This document shows, in pieces, positions 10,154-18,499 of a stretch of 64,000 nucleotides of DNA. The translations under genes and the position numbers were made by a program. This DNA is from an uncultured Bacteroidia bacterium. GTDB lineage: Bacteria > Bacteroidota > Bacteroidia > Bacteroidales > UBA932. Position 1 is the stretch's first letter. Each line of letters begins with the position of its first letter. The DNA is taken from positions 1,228 to 65,227 of the forward strand of contig CACZBP010000003.1 in the NCBI GenBank assembly GCA_902779495.1, given 5' to 3'. The notes beneath the pieces were generated by a model that had not been told where the DNA came from, did no database searches, and worked only from the letters and a program-made list of their open reading frames with translations.

Positions 10154-10249
10154 TAGCTCGGTGAGAATGAGGGCGGTCCTTACGGGGTTCGACACATTTC
10201 GGTGCTGGGTGGCGGCGGTGGGTTGCTATTATTTTAGTATATTTGCGGT

Positions 10250-11158
10250 ATGAACTTGGTTGGACTGGTAATGGCGGGTTCCCTGCTCTCCTACACTGTC
10301 CCCTCCTTTGAGGTGGCGGTGGAGCGGGACGTGGTCTACAAGACCGCACCGGGATATTGGGACAGCACCCCTGCCGACAGGGAACAATCGGCGGGAAGCC
10401 TGCTCCTGCGCCAGGCAAGGAAGCGCCCCCTGGACCTGAAGATGGACATATACACCCCGGTGGAGGATGCCGGCGAAAAACGCCCCCTGCTGCTGATGCT
10501 TCACGGAGGGTCCTTCTTCATAGGGAACAAGCAGGAGAAAGGCCAGGCTGCCTGGTGTGAGTATTTCGCCTCCCTGGGATATGTGGCCGCCTCGGTCGAC
10601 TACCGTATGGGCTTCCGCCCTAACCGGAAGGGCTTTGCCCAGGCCGAGCAAAACGCCTTCGAAGACGCTTCCGACGCATTGGACTTCCTGCTCGGGTGGG
10701 ACGGCCTGAGGATAGACCCGGACCGCATATTCATCGCCGGGACAAGCGCCGGAGCGATGCTCGCCCTGCGCCTTGCCTTCCGCCCTGACGGCCCCCGCAT
10801 CCGCGCCATCGCCAACTGCTGGGGCGCCGTGCACGACCTCGGCATCCTGGAACAGGCCCGTACCGGCATCCTGTCCTTCCAGTCCCCCTCCGACCCGTTA
10901 ATGCCCTACCGCCGCGGCTATCCCTTCCGCACCGGCGGAAAACGCTGGCCACCCACGCAGTGGGTCTGCGACGAGCTGTTCGGGACCGCAGCCATCCACG
11001 AGCGCGCCCTGGAGCTGGGCCTGCGGGCCGAGCATCACGCCTTCCCGGAAGCCCGTCACCGCCTTCATCTCGACCCGGACGGAGAATTCACGCCCCGTTT
11101 CTTCGAAATCCGCGACCGTATGGCCACCTTCTTCTCAGAAAGTATGACAGATGATTAA
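10250..11158 (+). CDS. alpha/beta-hydrolase (carboxylesterase/lipase-like)
   Basis: LHGGSF oxyanion motif, GTSAG nucleophile elbow, SVDYR. Confidence 0.88.
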   Translation: MNLVGLVMAGSLLSYTVPSFEVAVERDVVYKTAPGYWDSTPADREQSAGSLLLRQARKRPLDLKMDIYTPVEDAGEKRPLLLMLHGGSFFIGNKQEKGQAAWCEYFASLGYVAASVDYRMGFRPNRKGFAQAEQNAFEDASDALDFLLGWDGLRIDPDRIFIAGTSAGAMLALRLAFRPDGPRIRAIANCWGAVHDLGILEQARTGILSFQSPSDPLMPYRRGYPFRTGGKRWPPTQWVCDELFGTAAIHERALELGLRAEHHAFPEARHRLHLDPDGEFTPRFFEIRDRMATFFSESMTDD

Positions 11159-11747
11159 GAATATAGTATTCGACTTCGGCGGAGTCCTGGTGGACTGGAA
11201 TCCGCACTATCTTTATGACGGCTACTTCGGCAGCAGGGAAAAGGCCGACTGGTTCCTTGCGAACATATGCACTATGGATTGGAACGTCCAGATGGACGGG
11301 GGCAAACCGTTCGCCCAGGGGATAGCCGAGCTAAGCGCGGTCCATCCTCAGTGGAGCAGGGAAATCCAGATGTATTTCGACCGTTGGATGGATATGATGG
11401 GCGAAGAAATCCCCCATATGCGGGAGCTCATCCAGGACCTTAAGCGCAGGGGCTATCGCATATTCGGCCTCACCAACTGGTCGGCCGAGACCTTCTGCCA
11501 GGTCCGCCACAGGTATGGCATATTCGACCTTCTTGAGGGGATGACCGTCTCCGGCGAAGAGCACGTCACCAAGCCCGACCAGGCCATCTACCGCCGCCTT
11601 CTCGACAGATTCTCGCTAGTCCCCGGGGAATGCCTCTTCATCGACGACAATGCCGCCAATGTGGCAGGCGCCATACAAGCAGGAATGGCGGCAGTCCGGT
11701 TTACGGACCCCGCCACCCTCAAGGAATATCTGGACACCCTACAGTAG
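11151..11747 (+). CDS. HAD-family phosphatase (YihX-like)
   Basis: VFDFGGVL, LTNWS, KPD..IY, LFIDD..ANV. Confidence 0.92.
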   Translation: MIKNIVFDFGGVLVDWNPHYLYDGYFGSREKADWFLANICTMDWNVQMDGGKPFAQGIAELSAVHPQWSREIQMYFDRWMDMMGEEIPHMRELIQDLKRRGYRIFGLTNWSAETFCQVRHRYGIFDLLEGMTVSGEEHVTKPDQAIYRRLLDRFSLVPGECLFIDDNAANVAGAIQAGMAAVRFTDPATLKEYLDTLQ

Positions 11748-12161
11748 CGAAGCTGCAAATGCGGCGATTGCCGGCAGGGCCGACTGGACGATGTCGGTCC
11801 AGGACTGTTCGGGTACCTGGAATATCAGCAGGCTGGTCTGGTTGGCCATCTGGAAATACAGCTGGATGCTTCCCAGCGATCCGGCAAACCCGGCGACGGC
11901 AATCTCTCCGCACTCCTCCCTGAGTGCTTCCAGCTCACGAAGGGGCCGGGCCTTCTTGAAAAGGCCGCTCTTGAATATGACTTCCTGGCCGGAGCCGGCA
12001 ACCCCGGCTTTCCACACGCGGTCAACCTCGATGATATATTTCTCCACGATGGCATCCAGGACGCGGATCATTGTCTCGTATCCATATCCTTTGCCAAGGT
12101 CGAACGCGACCGCCATCCAGCCGTCGGCCAGATTGGTTCCCAGGCACTTGACTTCACTCAT
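11739..12161 (-). CDS. hypothetical protein
   Basis: ORF fills the gap between the HAD and GHL10 genes; start uncertain (12161 or 12251); no motif recognised. Confidence 0.5.
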   Translation of the reverse strand: MSEVKCLGTNLADGWMAVAFDLGKGYGYETMIRVLDAIVEKYIIEVDRVWKAGVAGSGQEVIFKSGLFKKARPLRELEALREECGEIAVAGFAGSLGSIQLYFQMANQTSLLIFQVPEQSWTDIVQSALPAIAAFAASLL

Positions 12162-12290
12162 ATGCAGACACCCTAGCCTTACAGATTCATTGGTTACAAA
12201 TGTAACAATTGTTCCCGACAATACCAAACCCGGCCCTTTCCCTTGCAGCATATAAAGCCTTTTTGTATTTTTGTAAAAACAAACAGCCGT

Positions 12291-13538
12291 ATGCTAAAGA
12301 TGCAAAAGACCGGTAGTTGGCTGACAATTGTCAGCGTCCTGCTCCTTTTCGCGTGTGCACCGAAGAAGGAGAAGGAGATCGTCGTGTCCATTCCGGCTGA
12401 CGGGCGGTGGGACAGGTATCCCACGCCGGAGGCCGTCTGCGGCCTGCTGGACACCATCGCGTGGGCCGGGTTCAATTCCATCAAGGTGGATGTGAAGCCG
12501 GTAGTAGGCTACTGCGAGTTCGAGAGCTCCTATCTCGAGCCTATGCGCACAATGAAGACGCGTCCCCACGCCCACGAGGACTGGGACTATGCCCGGGTGT
12601 TCATCGACGAGGGCCACAGGCGCGGCCTGAAGGTGTCACTCACCTGCGCGGTATTCCCTTTGGGGGCCTGGCAGCTCTCCGACGGCCCCGCCTTCCGGGA
12701 CAGCACCAAGAACGGCTGGTTCTGCACGGAGTATCTCCCTGACGGACTGCACGATATTCGTCAGAGCCGCCGCCAGGGCGTGTTCTGTTTTATGAACCCC
12801 TCCCATCCCGAGGTTCACGATTTCGTCCTTGGATATATCACCGAACTTCTGGAAAAATACAAGCCCGACGGCTTCCAGCTGGACTACTGCCGCTACAACA
12901 ACATCAACTGCGATTTCTCCCCTTATTCGCGGGAGGCCTTCGAGAAGTGGCTGGGCAGGGAGGTCGAACACTTTCCGCAGGATATATATACCTTCGCCTC
13001 CGACGACCCTTCCGACATAGTCCCCGGCCCCCTTTTCAAGGCCTGGATCAAGTGGCGGGCTTCGGTCATACAAGGATATGTCCGGGAGGTGCGGGATATT
13101 GTGAAGAGGGTCTCTCCCCGCACGGCCCTTCGCTACTGGGGCGCTGCCTGGTGGCACGGACTCTACCTGACCGGCCAGAACTGGTGCTCCCCTTCCACGG
13201 TGGAGCCGATGGATTATCCCTGGGCAGACGAAGACTATGCCTCAACCGGCATCGCCGACCTGGTGGACTACTTCGAGCTTGGCACCTACCGCCCGCGGGT
13301 ATATGGCCCCGAGGATCCCGAATCTATGGAATATGACCTCGCACGAGCACGCCGGCTCGCCGGGCCGGATAATATAATATACGGCTCATTCTCAAGCGGT
13401 TGCGATATCTATGAAGCCTTCCGCTTCCTGTATGCCAACGCCGACGGCGTCTCCTTTTTCCCGGTGGATGCCCTACGCAAGGACCCCTCCCTGTGGGAGG
13501 TCTTCCGCAAAGCCATCACCGACAGCAAAGAGCCCTGA
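12291..13538 (+). CDS. GHL10/DUF187-like glycoside hydrolase, lipoprotein
   Basis: Lipobox LFAC; FMNPSHPEV, ELLEKYKPDGFQLDYCRY, W.KWRA; TATTTTTG promoter at 12266. Confidence 0.8.
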   Translation: MLKMQKTGSWLTIVSVLLLFACAPKKEKEIVVSIPADGRWDRYPTPEAVCGLLDTIAWAGFNSIKVDVKPVVGYCEFESSYLEPMRTMKTRPHAHEDWDYARVFIDEGHRRGLKVSLTCAVFPLGAWQLSDGPAFRDSTKNGWFCTEYLPDGLHDIRQSRRQGVFCFMNPSHPEVHDFVLGYITELLEKYKPDGFQLDYCRYNNINCDFSPYSREAFEKWLGREVEHFPQDIYTFASDDPSDIVPGPLFKAWIKWRASVIQGYVREVRDIVKRVSPRTALRYWGAAWWHGLYLTGQNWCSPSTVEPMDYPWADEDYASTGIADLVDYFELGTYRPRVYGPEDPESMEYDLARARRLAGPDNIIYGSFSSGCDIYEAFRFLYANADGVSFFPVDALRKDPSLWEVFRKAITDSKEP

Positions 13539-15371
13539 TTACCAGATGACGGCACGGCGCTCCGGGGGGAGATAAAGGACATTGTTGCGGTCCACGTCGT
13601 AGAGGTCGTACCACAGGTCCGTATTCATCACTACGCCGTTGACGCGCAGGCGGGCGTGGGAATGTTCGTCTTTCTTGGGGAAAGTGGCCAGTTTCGTGTC
13701 GCTGTACACCGTTTTCCACATATCGGCATAGCTCTCATAGAATTTGCGGAGCTGCTCCCGGAGGGTTTCGCCGGAATAACCGTCGGCCTCCAGATGGGCT
13801 TTATATGCGTCCAGTGCGGTGAGGAAGCCGCCAAGGTCGGCGATGTCCTCGCCCTGGGTGGCCAGTCCATCCGAAAAGACGCCGGGGGCGCGTTCGGGAT
13901 CGATCTCCAGATGGCTGTAACAGTTGGCAAGGATATCCCTGCGTTCCTCGAAGGACATCTGGTCTGCCACCGTCCACCAGTTGCGCTTATTTCCCCACTT
14001 GTCATACTTGGAACCATTATTGGAATCGAATCCGTGGGTGAGTTCGTGCCCGATGATCGTGAAGAGGGCGTATTCATAGGCCTGGCTCACTTTCTCCGGC
14101 ATAAACGGTGGAAGCAGGACTGCGGGATAGATGAATATGCTGTTATATGCTGGAGAGTAGAAGGAATTCATCAGCGAAAGGTCATTCGGCACAAAACCGG
14201 TCGCACCTAAGGTGGCAGACAGGATCAGGATACTGAAGGCGTCTTTCCCACCTATAAGATGGCCCTTCAGGAGGGCGTTGCAGCGGTTGCCTCGATAGAC
14301 GGCCTCCGCCAGCGTGGCGCAGCCGGTCATATCGACAAGGCAGTCTTCATACCACTGGTCCGGATATCCCACATAGAGTCCGCAGTAGTCGAGCTTTTCA
14401 ACGGCATTGTCCCTGGTGGCCTGGCTCATCCATTCCACCCGTTCAATACGCTTGCGCAGCGAAGCCTGGATTTCCCTGATGATATTCAGATATTTTTCCT
14501 TGGCTGAAGGCGGGAAATATTTCTGGATGAAATGATATGAAAGCGTGTAGCTGAATGCGAAGGCGGCGTTGTTGCGCTCGTTGTCAGATAGCTGCTCGGC
14601 GCCGAACTTCTCATAGTATTCCCAGGCATTGTCGTATAATTCGAGAAGCTCTTCCAGCGACTTGCCCTGAAGATTTTCCCACCATATGTTCATAGTGGGA
14701 TCCGTGACAAAAAGGGCCGGATCCTGCCCCAATCCCTTGATAATGAGGGAGGTGGGAGAATCGGCTTCGCCGGCCTTGGTGGCCGAGAGAGGGACATATT
14801 TGCCGGGGTCGGTTTCCTTCGGCGGATCCGGCATACTGGGGATAAGTTCCATAGGAGGATTGATCGTCCCCATCAGACGGCCTTCCTTGTAGACAAGATT
14901 CCACGCAGGGAGGATCGGATGGCCCCATAGGTGGAAACCGTCGGCAAGCATCTTTCCCATCGTTATGTAAAACTCTTCCTTCGTTTTGGGCCTGGGAAAA
15001 CGAGCCTTCTGGGCGTCCAGGAAGGTTTTGGTGGCTTCTGGCTGCCCGGAGTCGGCATTTCGCAGCTGATCTATGCGGCGCAGGTCCGCATTTTCGGCCG
15101 TCAGCTGCTCCACCAGCTGTTTCATAACGTCCATCTGCTCATACAATCCGCCCGAGGAGCCAGAGGAGGGAATGGGGGTATTCTTCATCCAGGAGCCGTT
15201 GCAGTAGTCGTAAAAACTATCTCCCGGCTTCACCGAGAGGTCCTTGTTGCTGTCCATTCCTTCAGGCATCGGGAGAGGGTCTACCGTCGAAACGGGCTCA
15301 GCCTTCGAGCAGGCGGAAAGGGCGATGGCGGCGGTGACTACGACAACCGCCAGAGGTCTCAGAAAATGCAT
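13539..15371 (-). CDS. M13 family (PepO/neprilysin-like) metallopeptidase, lipoprotein
   Basis: Lipobox LSAC; PGDSFYDYCNGSW, GHELTHGFD (HExxH), GEDIADLGG, HSHARLRVN. Confidence 0.9.
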   Translation of the reverse strand: MHFLRPLAVVVVTAAIALSACSKAEPVSTVDPLPMPEGMDSNKDLSVKPGDSFYDYCNGSWMKNTPIPSSGSSGGLYEQMDVMKQLVEQLTAENADLRRIDQLRNADSGQPEATKTFLDAQKARFPRPKTKEEFYITMGKMLADGFHLWGHPILPAWNLVYKEGRLMGTINPPMELIPSMPDPPKETDPGKYVPLSATKAGEADSPTSLIIKGLGQDPALFVTDPTMNIWWENLQGKSLEELLELYDNAWEYYEKFGAEQLSDNERNNAAFAFSYTLSYHFIQKYFPPSAKEKYLNIIREIQASLRKRIERVEWMSQATRDNAVEKLDYCGLYVGYPDQWYEDCLVDMTGCATLAEAVYRGNRCNALLKGHLIGGKDAFSILILSATLGATGFVPNDLSLMNSFYSPAYNSIFIYPAVLLPPFMPEKVSQAYEYALFTIIGHELTHGFDSNNGSKYDKWGNKRNWWTVADQMSFEERRDILANCYSHLEIDPERAPGVFSDGLATQGEDIADLGGFLTALDAYKAHLEADGYSGETLREQLRKFYESYADMWKTVYSDTKLATFPKKDEHSHARLRVNGVVMNTDLWYDLYDVDRNNVLYLPPERRAVIW

Positions 15372-15421
15372 AATCTATCCAGTTTAGGTCGCAAATATAA
15401 TTCTTTCTGCGGAAAAATCGG

Positions 15422-16150
15422 CTACTTTTGGGCAGTCTCTTCGATTGCGTCCAGGACACTGTCCTTGTACTTGCGCGATATGGGAATAGTGTGCCCGGCG
15501 ATGGATATGGAATCCGGGGATTGGAGGGATGCATCGGCCATATTGACAAGGAACGAGCGGTGAGTGCGGATGAACCCGGGGCCGAGGAGGTTTTCCCACT
15601 GGCTGATGCCGGTCCGGTTGCGGTACTGATGGCCGTCCCGGGCGATAATCAGCACTTCCGAGTCGCGCGATTCCACATAGAGGATATCTTCCTTTGCCAG
15701 GGAGACTTTCTTATAATCCGACGTAAAGGTAATGAGGCTTTCCGAGGGGTACTTCCTTTCCAGCCACTTTTCCAGAAGGTAGTATCCATATGCCAGGATA
15801 GCCAGGACGGCCGCTACGAAGACGGGATTGCCCAGCATCGATGGAACGGACCACACCTCCCATCCTTCAAGCCAGCCCAACGAGATGAACAGCCACTGCC
15901 ACAGGTATATGAACAGGAAGGTCATCAGCATCACGCCAAAGACTATGTATATGGTGTCCAGGATGCGCTTTTTCCCCTGGCGGGCCCTTTCCACTTTCGG
16001 AAGGAAGAAGGAAAGCGCCATGGCGGCCGGGAGAAACGACAGGCTCATCGCGGCGGCCGTCCACAAGCCATAGTCAAGGCTAGTCAGGAGAAGGGCCGTC
16101 AGGATGATGGCGGCCAGCCAGTAGGAGACTATTATGAGGACTTTCTTCAT
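15422..16150 (-). CDS. membrane-anchored LytTR-domain transcriptional regulator
   Basis: Four hydrophobic helices followed by ILYVES...FIRTHRSFLVN...IPISRKYK (LytTR); no receiver domain. Confidence 0.88.
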   Translation of the reverse strand: MKKVLIIVSYWLAAIILTALLLTSLDYGLWTAAAMSLSFLPAAMALSFFLPKVERARQGKKRILDTIYIVFGVMLMTFLFIYLWQWLFISLGWLEGWEVWSVPSMLGNPVFVAAVLAILAYGYYLLEKWLERKYPSESLITFTSDYKKVSLAKEDILYVESRDSEVLIIARDGHQYRNRTGISQWENLLGPGFIRTHRSFLVNMADASLQSPDSISIAGHTIPISRKYKDSVLDAIEETAQK

Positions 16151-16213
16151 TCCGAAGGCAAAAATACACATTCTCCGTCAAAATCAAGCATCATCGCTTG
16201 AAGGAAAATCACT

Positions 16214-16245
16214 TTGTAGGGATTTGACAGGAGGTTGCAGGGATT
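16214..16245 (+). promoter_or_regulatory. candidate LytTR operator (direct repeat)
   Basis: TTGTAGGGATT (16214) and TTGCAGGGATT (16235), 21-bp period, just upstream of the TTTG...TAACTTTG (16275-16282) promoter. Confidence 0.6.
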
Positions 16246-16329
16246 CTACTTTGCATTTTTGCCACGATAGTGACTAACTTTGCAGCAAGGAATTCCGAAA
16301 CCAAAGTCCAACCTAAAAAACGAATTGCC

Positions 16330-16650
16330 ATGACTGACATCTTCACGCTTTTCATCTCCGGCGGCCCTGTCGGAATGATCATCATCACCCTCCTTTTCAT
16401 CGCGCTCTTCTTCGCCGCCTGGAAGGCCCCCGCCTGGGTGGAGGAAATCGGCAAGGCGGCCCTGACCGTGAGCATATTCTGGACCCTCCTCGGCCAGCTT
16501 CAGATCGTGGATTTCTTATCCGGCCACGATGACGTCGCAACCAACATCCTTGCCGGCGGCATCAAAGTAAGCCTCATCCCCGTCCTCTACGGCCTCATCG
16601 TCTACTTCGTCTCCCTGATCCTCCGCATCATCCAGAAGCCCCGGATCTGA
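16330..16650 (+). CDS. small 3-TM membrane protein (MotA/TolQ/ExbB proton-channel-like)
   Basis: 106 aa from MTDIF; F..GG...M start and AGGIKVSLIP..YGL helix typical of ExbB-like fragments. Confidence 0.65.
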   Translation: MTDIFTLFISGGPVGMIIITLLFIALFFAAWKAPAWVEEIGKAALTVSIFWTLLGQLQIVDFLSGHDDVATNILAGGIKVSLIPVLYGLIVYFVSLILRIIQKPRI

Positions 16651-16680
16651 TGCTCCCGACAGCCCGCCCGGGGGCGTTCC

Positions 16681-16774
16681 GCGACCCCTATTGATTATCA
16701 GCCACTTACAGATGTGCCATACTGTTTCTGCAGTATGGCACATCTGTAACTCCCTGGCACTCAGCGGGGGTCGC
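16681..16774. repeat. 94-bp palindromic MITE/REP-like element
   Basis: Perfect 19-bp arms 16706-16724 and 16731-16749; outer inverted ends GCGACCCC/GGGGTCGC. Confidence 0.75.
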
Positions 16775-16792
16775 AAAACGGGCATCCTCTAC

Positions 16793-17002
16793 AAAAACAA
16801 AAGCCGGCATATCAAAGGCAGTGCAATGAAATGCCGACGGTATGCGGCATCTCGGAGGGCTTCAGCCCGACCCAGGGTAGTTTGAGGGGGTACGCCCCCT
16901 CATTCATAAGAGGCGCCCTTGGGCGCGCGAACGACCGGGAAAGCCCTACTATGAAAAACAAAAGCCGGCATATCAAAGGCAGTGCAATGAAATGCCGACG
17001 GT
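16793..17002 (-). repeat. 49-bp direct repeat (duplicated intrinsic terminator) around a 112-bp structured spacer
   Basis: Identical copies at 16793-16841 and 16954-17002; on the minus strand the unit is a GTCGGCAT..ATGCCGGC hairpin followed by TTTTGTTTTT. Confidence 0.85.
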
Positions 17003-17064
17003 GGCACGTCTTTTAAGGACACAGGATTTTGAGTCCAGCGCGTCTACCATTCCGCCACTCGGGC
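17003..17064 (-). pseudogene. tRNA-Leu(CAA), missing the T-loop and 3' acceptor strand
   Basis: GCCCGAG-TG-GCGGAATGGTAGACGC-G-CTGGA-CTCAAAA-TCCTG, long variable arm, GTGCC, then directly the terminator. No GGTTCG or CTCGGGC found nearby. Promoter TACCTTTG at ~17079-17086. Confidence 0.8.
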
Positions 17065-17133
17065 AAGTGGATGGACTGCAAAGGTACAACAGTTTTTGCA
17101 AAACAGCAAAATATATTTCTTATCTTTGTGAGT

Positions 17134-18447
17134 ATGAAAGCTAAGAAAATCATACGCATCGCCGCGGCGGTGCTCGGTGCCGCCATCATCGGCGGATGCA
17201 TCTACCTCGACACCCTTATGCCCATCATCACGGGCTATGCTGCAAAGAACCTCGCCTCGGCAGTGTTCGTCTCCGGAAGGAACCAGGCCGACGTGGAGGC
17301 GCTCGACCTGAACTTTTCGTTCATAAAATTCACCTCCAACAAGGTCGACACCGCCGCCCGCACCGTGACCAGCCGCTTCCTCTGGCGCAAGTCAACTGCC
17401 ATATACAGAGATGGTTACGGCGTCACCCTGCTGCGCGGAGCCAAGACGCTTCCGGATGACTTCCCCCTGGAAAGGGAGACCTCCTATCCCGAAACCCTCC
17501 AGAGGGGAGACTCCGCCCTGTGCGCATCCCTGGAGCCCATCGCAAAGGCCTTCGTGGACGACAAGGCATATAACGGCACGCCCTTCGCCCTGGTGGTCCT
17601 GCACAAAGGCGGCATAGTGGCCGAAAGGTATGGCAAAGGCATATCCGCCGGCACCCGCCTCCTCAGTTGGAGTATGGGCAAAAGCTTCACCAACGCCCTT
17701 ATAGGCATTATGCAGGGCGACGGGATGCTTGACATAAACGCCCCGCTCCCCATCCCCGAGTGGCAGAACGACGGCCGCAAGGCCATAACCCTGCGGGACC
17801 TGATGCAGATGCAGAGCGGCCTGCAGTGGAACGAGAACTACGGCAACCGTTCCGACGTGAACGTAATGCTCCACTGCGAGAAGGATATGGGCCTCTTCGC
17901 ACAGTCGAAACCCCTTGAATATGAGCCCGGTACGCACTGGTACTATTCCAGCGGCAGCACGAATATCGTGATGCGCTACCTGCGCGGACTGTTCCCCTGT
18001 GACGAGGAGTTCCTCGCATATATCCGCGAACGCCTCTTCGCCCCGCTGGGCATTAACGGCGCCTGCTTCGAGCCGGATATGAGCGGCACCCCCGTCGGCT
18101 CTTCGTACCTCTACGTGACCGCCCGCGACTATGCCCGCTTCGGGCAGATGTTCCTGGATGACGGTGTGGTCGGCGGCGAGCGCATCCTCCCCGAAGGCTG
18201 GGTCGACTTCACCAGGACCCCCGCCTCCGACAGCAAGGGCGGCTATGGCGCCTTCTTCTGGCTCAACAAGGGCGGCGCCTGCCCCGACGTGCCATCGGAT
18301 ATGTACAGCTGCGTCGGTCACGATGGCCAGCAGATATATATCATCCCCTCGAAGGAACTTGTCGTCGTCATCCTGGGCTACTCCCCCAAGCCCGACCGCG
18401 TCATCGACTTCAACGCCCTGCTCAGAGATATCATCGAAAAACTCTAG
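17134..18447 (+). CDS. serine hydrolase (beta-lactamase class C/AmpC-like fold)
   Basis: SWSMGKS (SxxK), WYYSSG, GHDGQ.I.IIPS.ELVVV; N-terminal anchor. Confidence 0.88.
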   Translation: MKAKKIIRIAAAVLGAAIIGGCIYLDTLMPIITGYAAKNLASAVFVSGRNQADVEALDLNFSFIKFTSNKVDTAARTVTSRFLWRKSTAIYRDGYGVTLLRGAKTLPDDFPLERETSYPETLQRGDSALCASLEPIAKAFVDDKAYNGTPFALVVLHKGGIVAERYGKGISAGTRLLSWSMGKSFTNALIGIMQGDGMLDINAPLPIPEWQNDGRKAITLRDLMQMQSGLQWNENYGNRSDVNVMLHCEKDMGLFAQSKPLEYEPGTHWYYSSGSTNIVMRYLRGLFPCDEEFLAYIRERLFAPLGINGACFEPDMSGTPVGSSYLYVTARDYARFGQMFLDDGVVGGERILPEGWVDFTRTPASDSKGGYGAFFWLNKGGACPDVPSDMYSCVGHDGQQIYIIPSKELVVVILGYSPKPDRVIDFNALLRDIIEKL

Positions 18448-18499
18448 CATCCGTCCTGCCGGTTGTAATAATCCGCAAGAATAGCTATATTTGCATTCT

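Noticed and set aside
9719-10418. ORFs 9719-10195(-), 9867-10418(-) and 9936-10253(+)
   Set aside because: They are translations of the palindromic array and overlap real genes; no protein-like features.
16650-17002. Second intron or a displaced 3' half of tRNA-Leu(CAA)
   Set aside because: No GGTTCG T-loop, CTCGGGC acceptor strand or group I core elements were found downstream on the minus strand.
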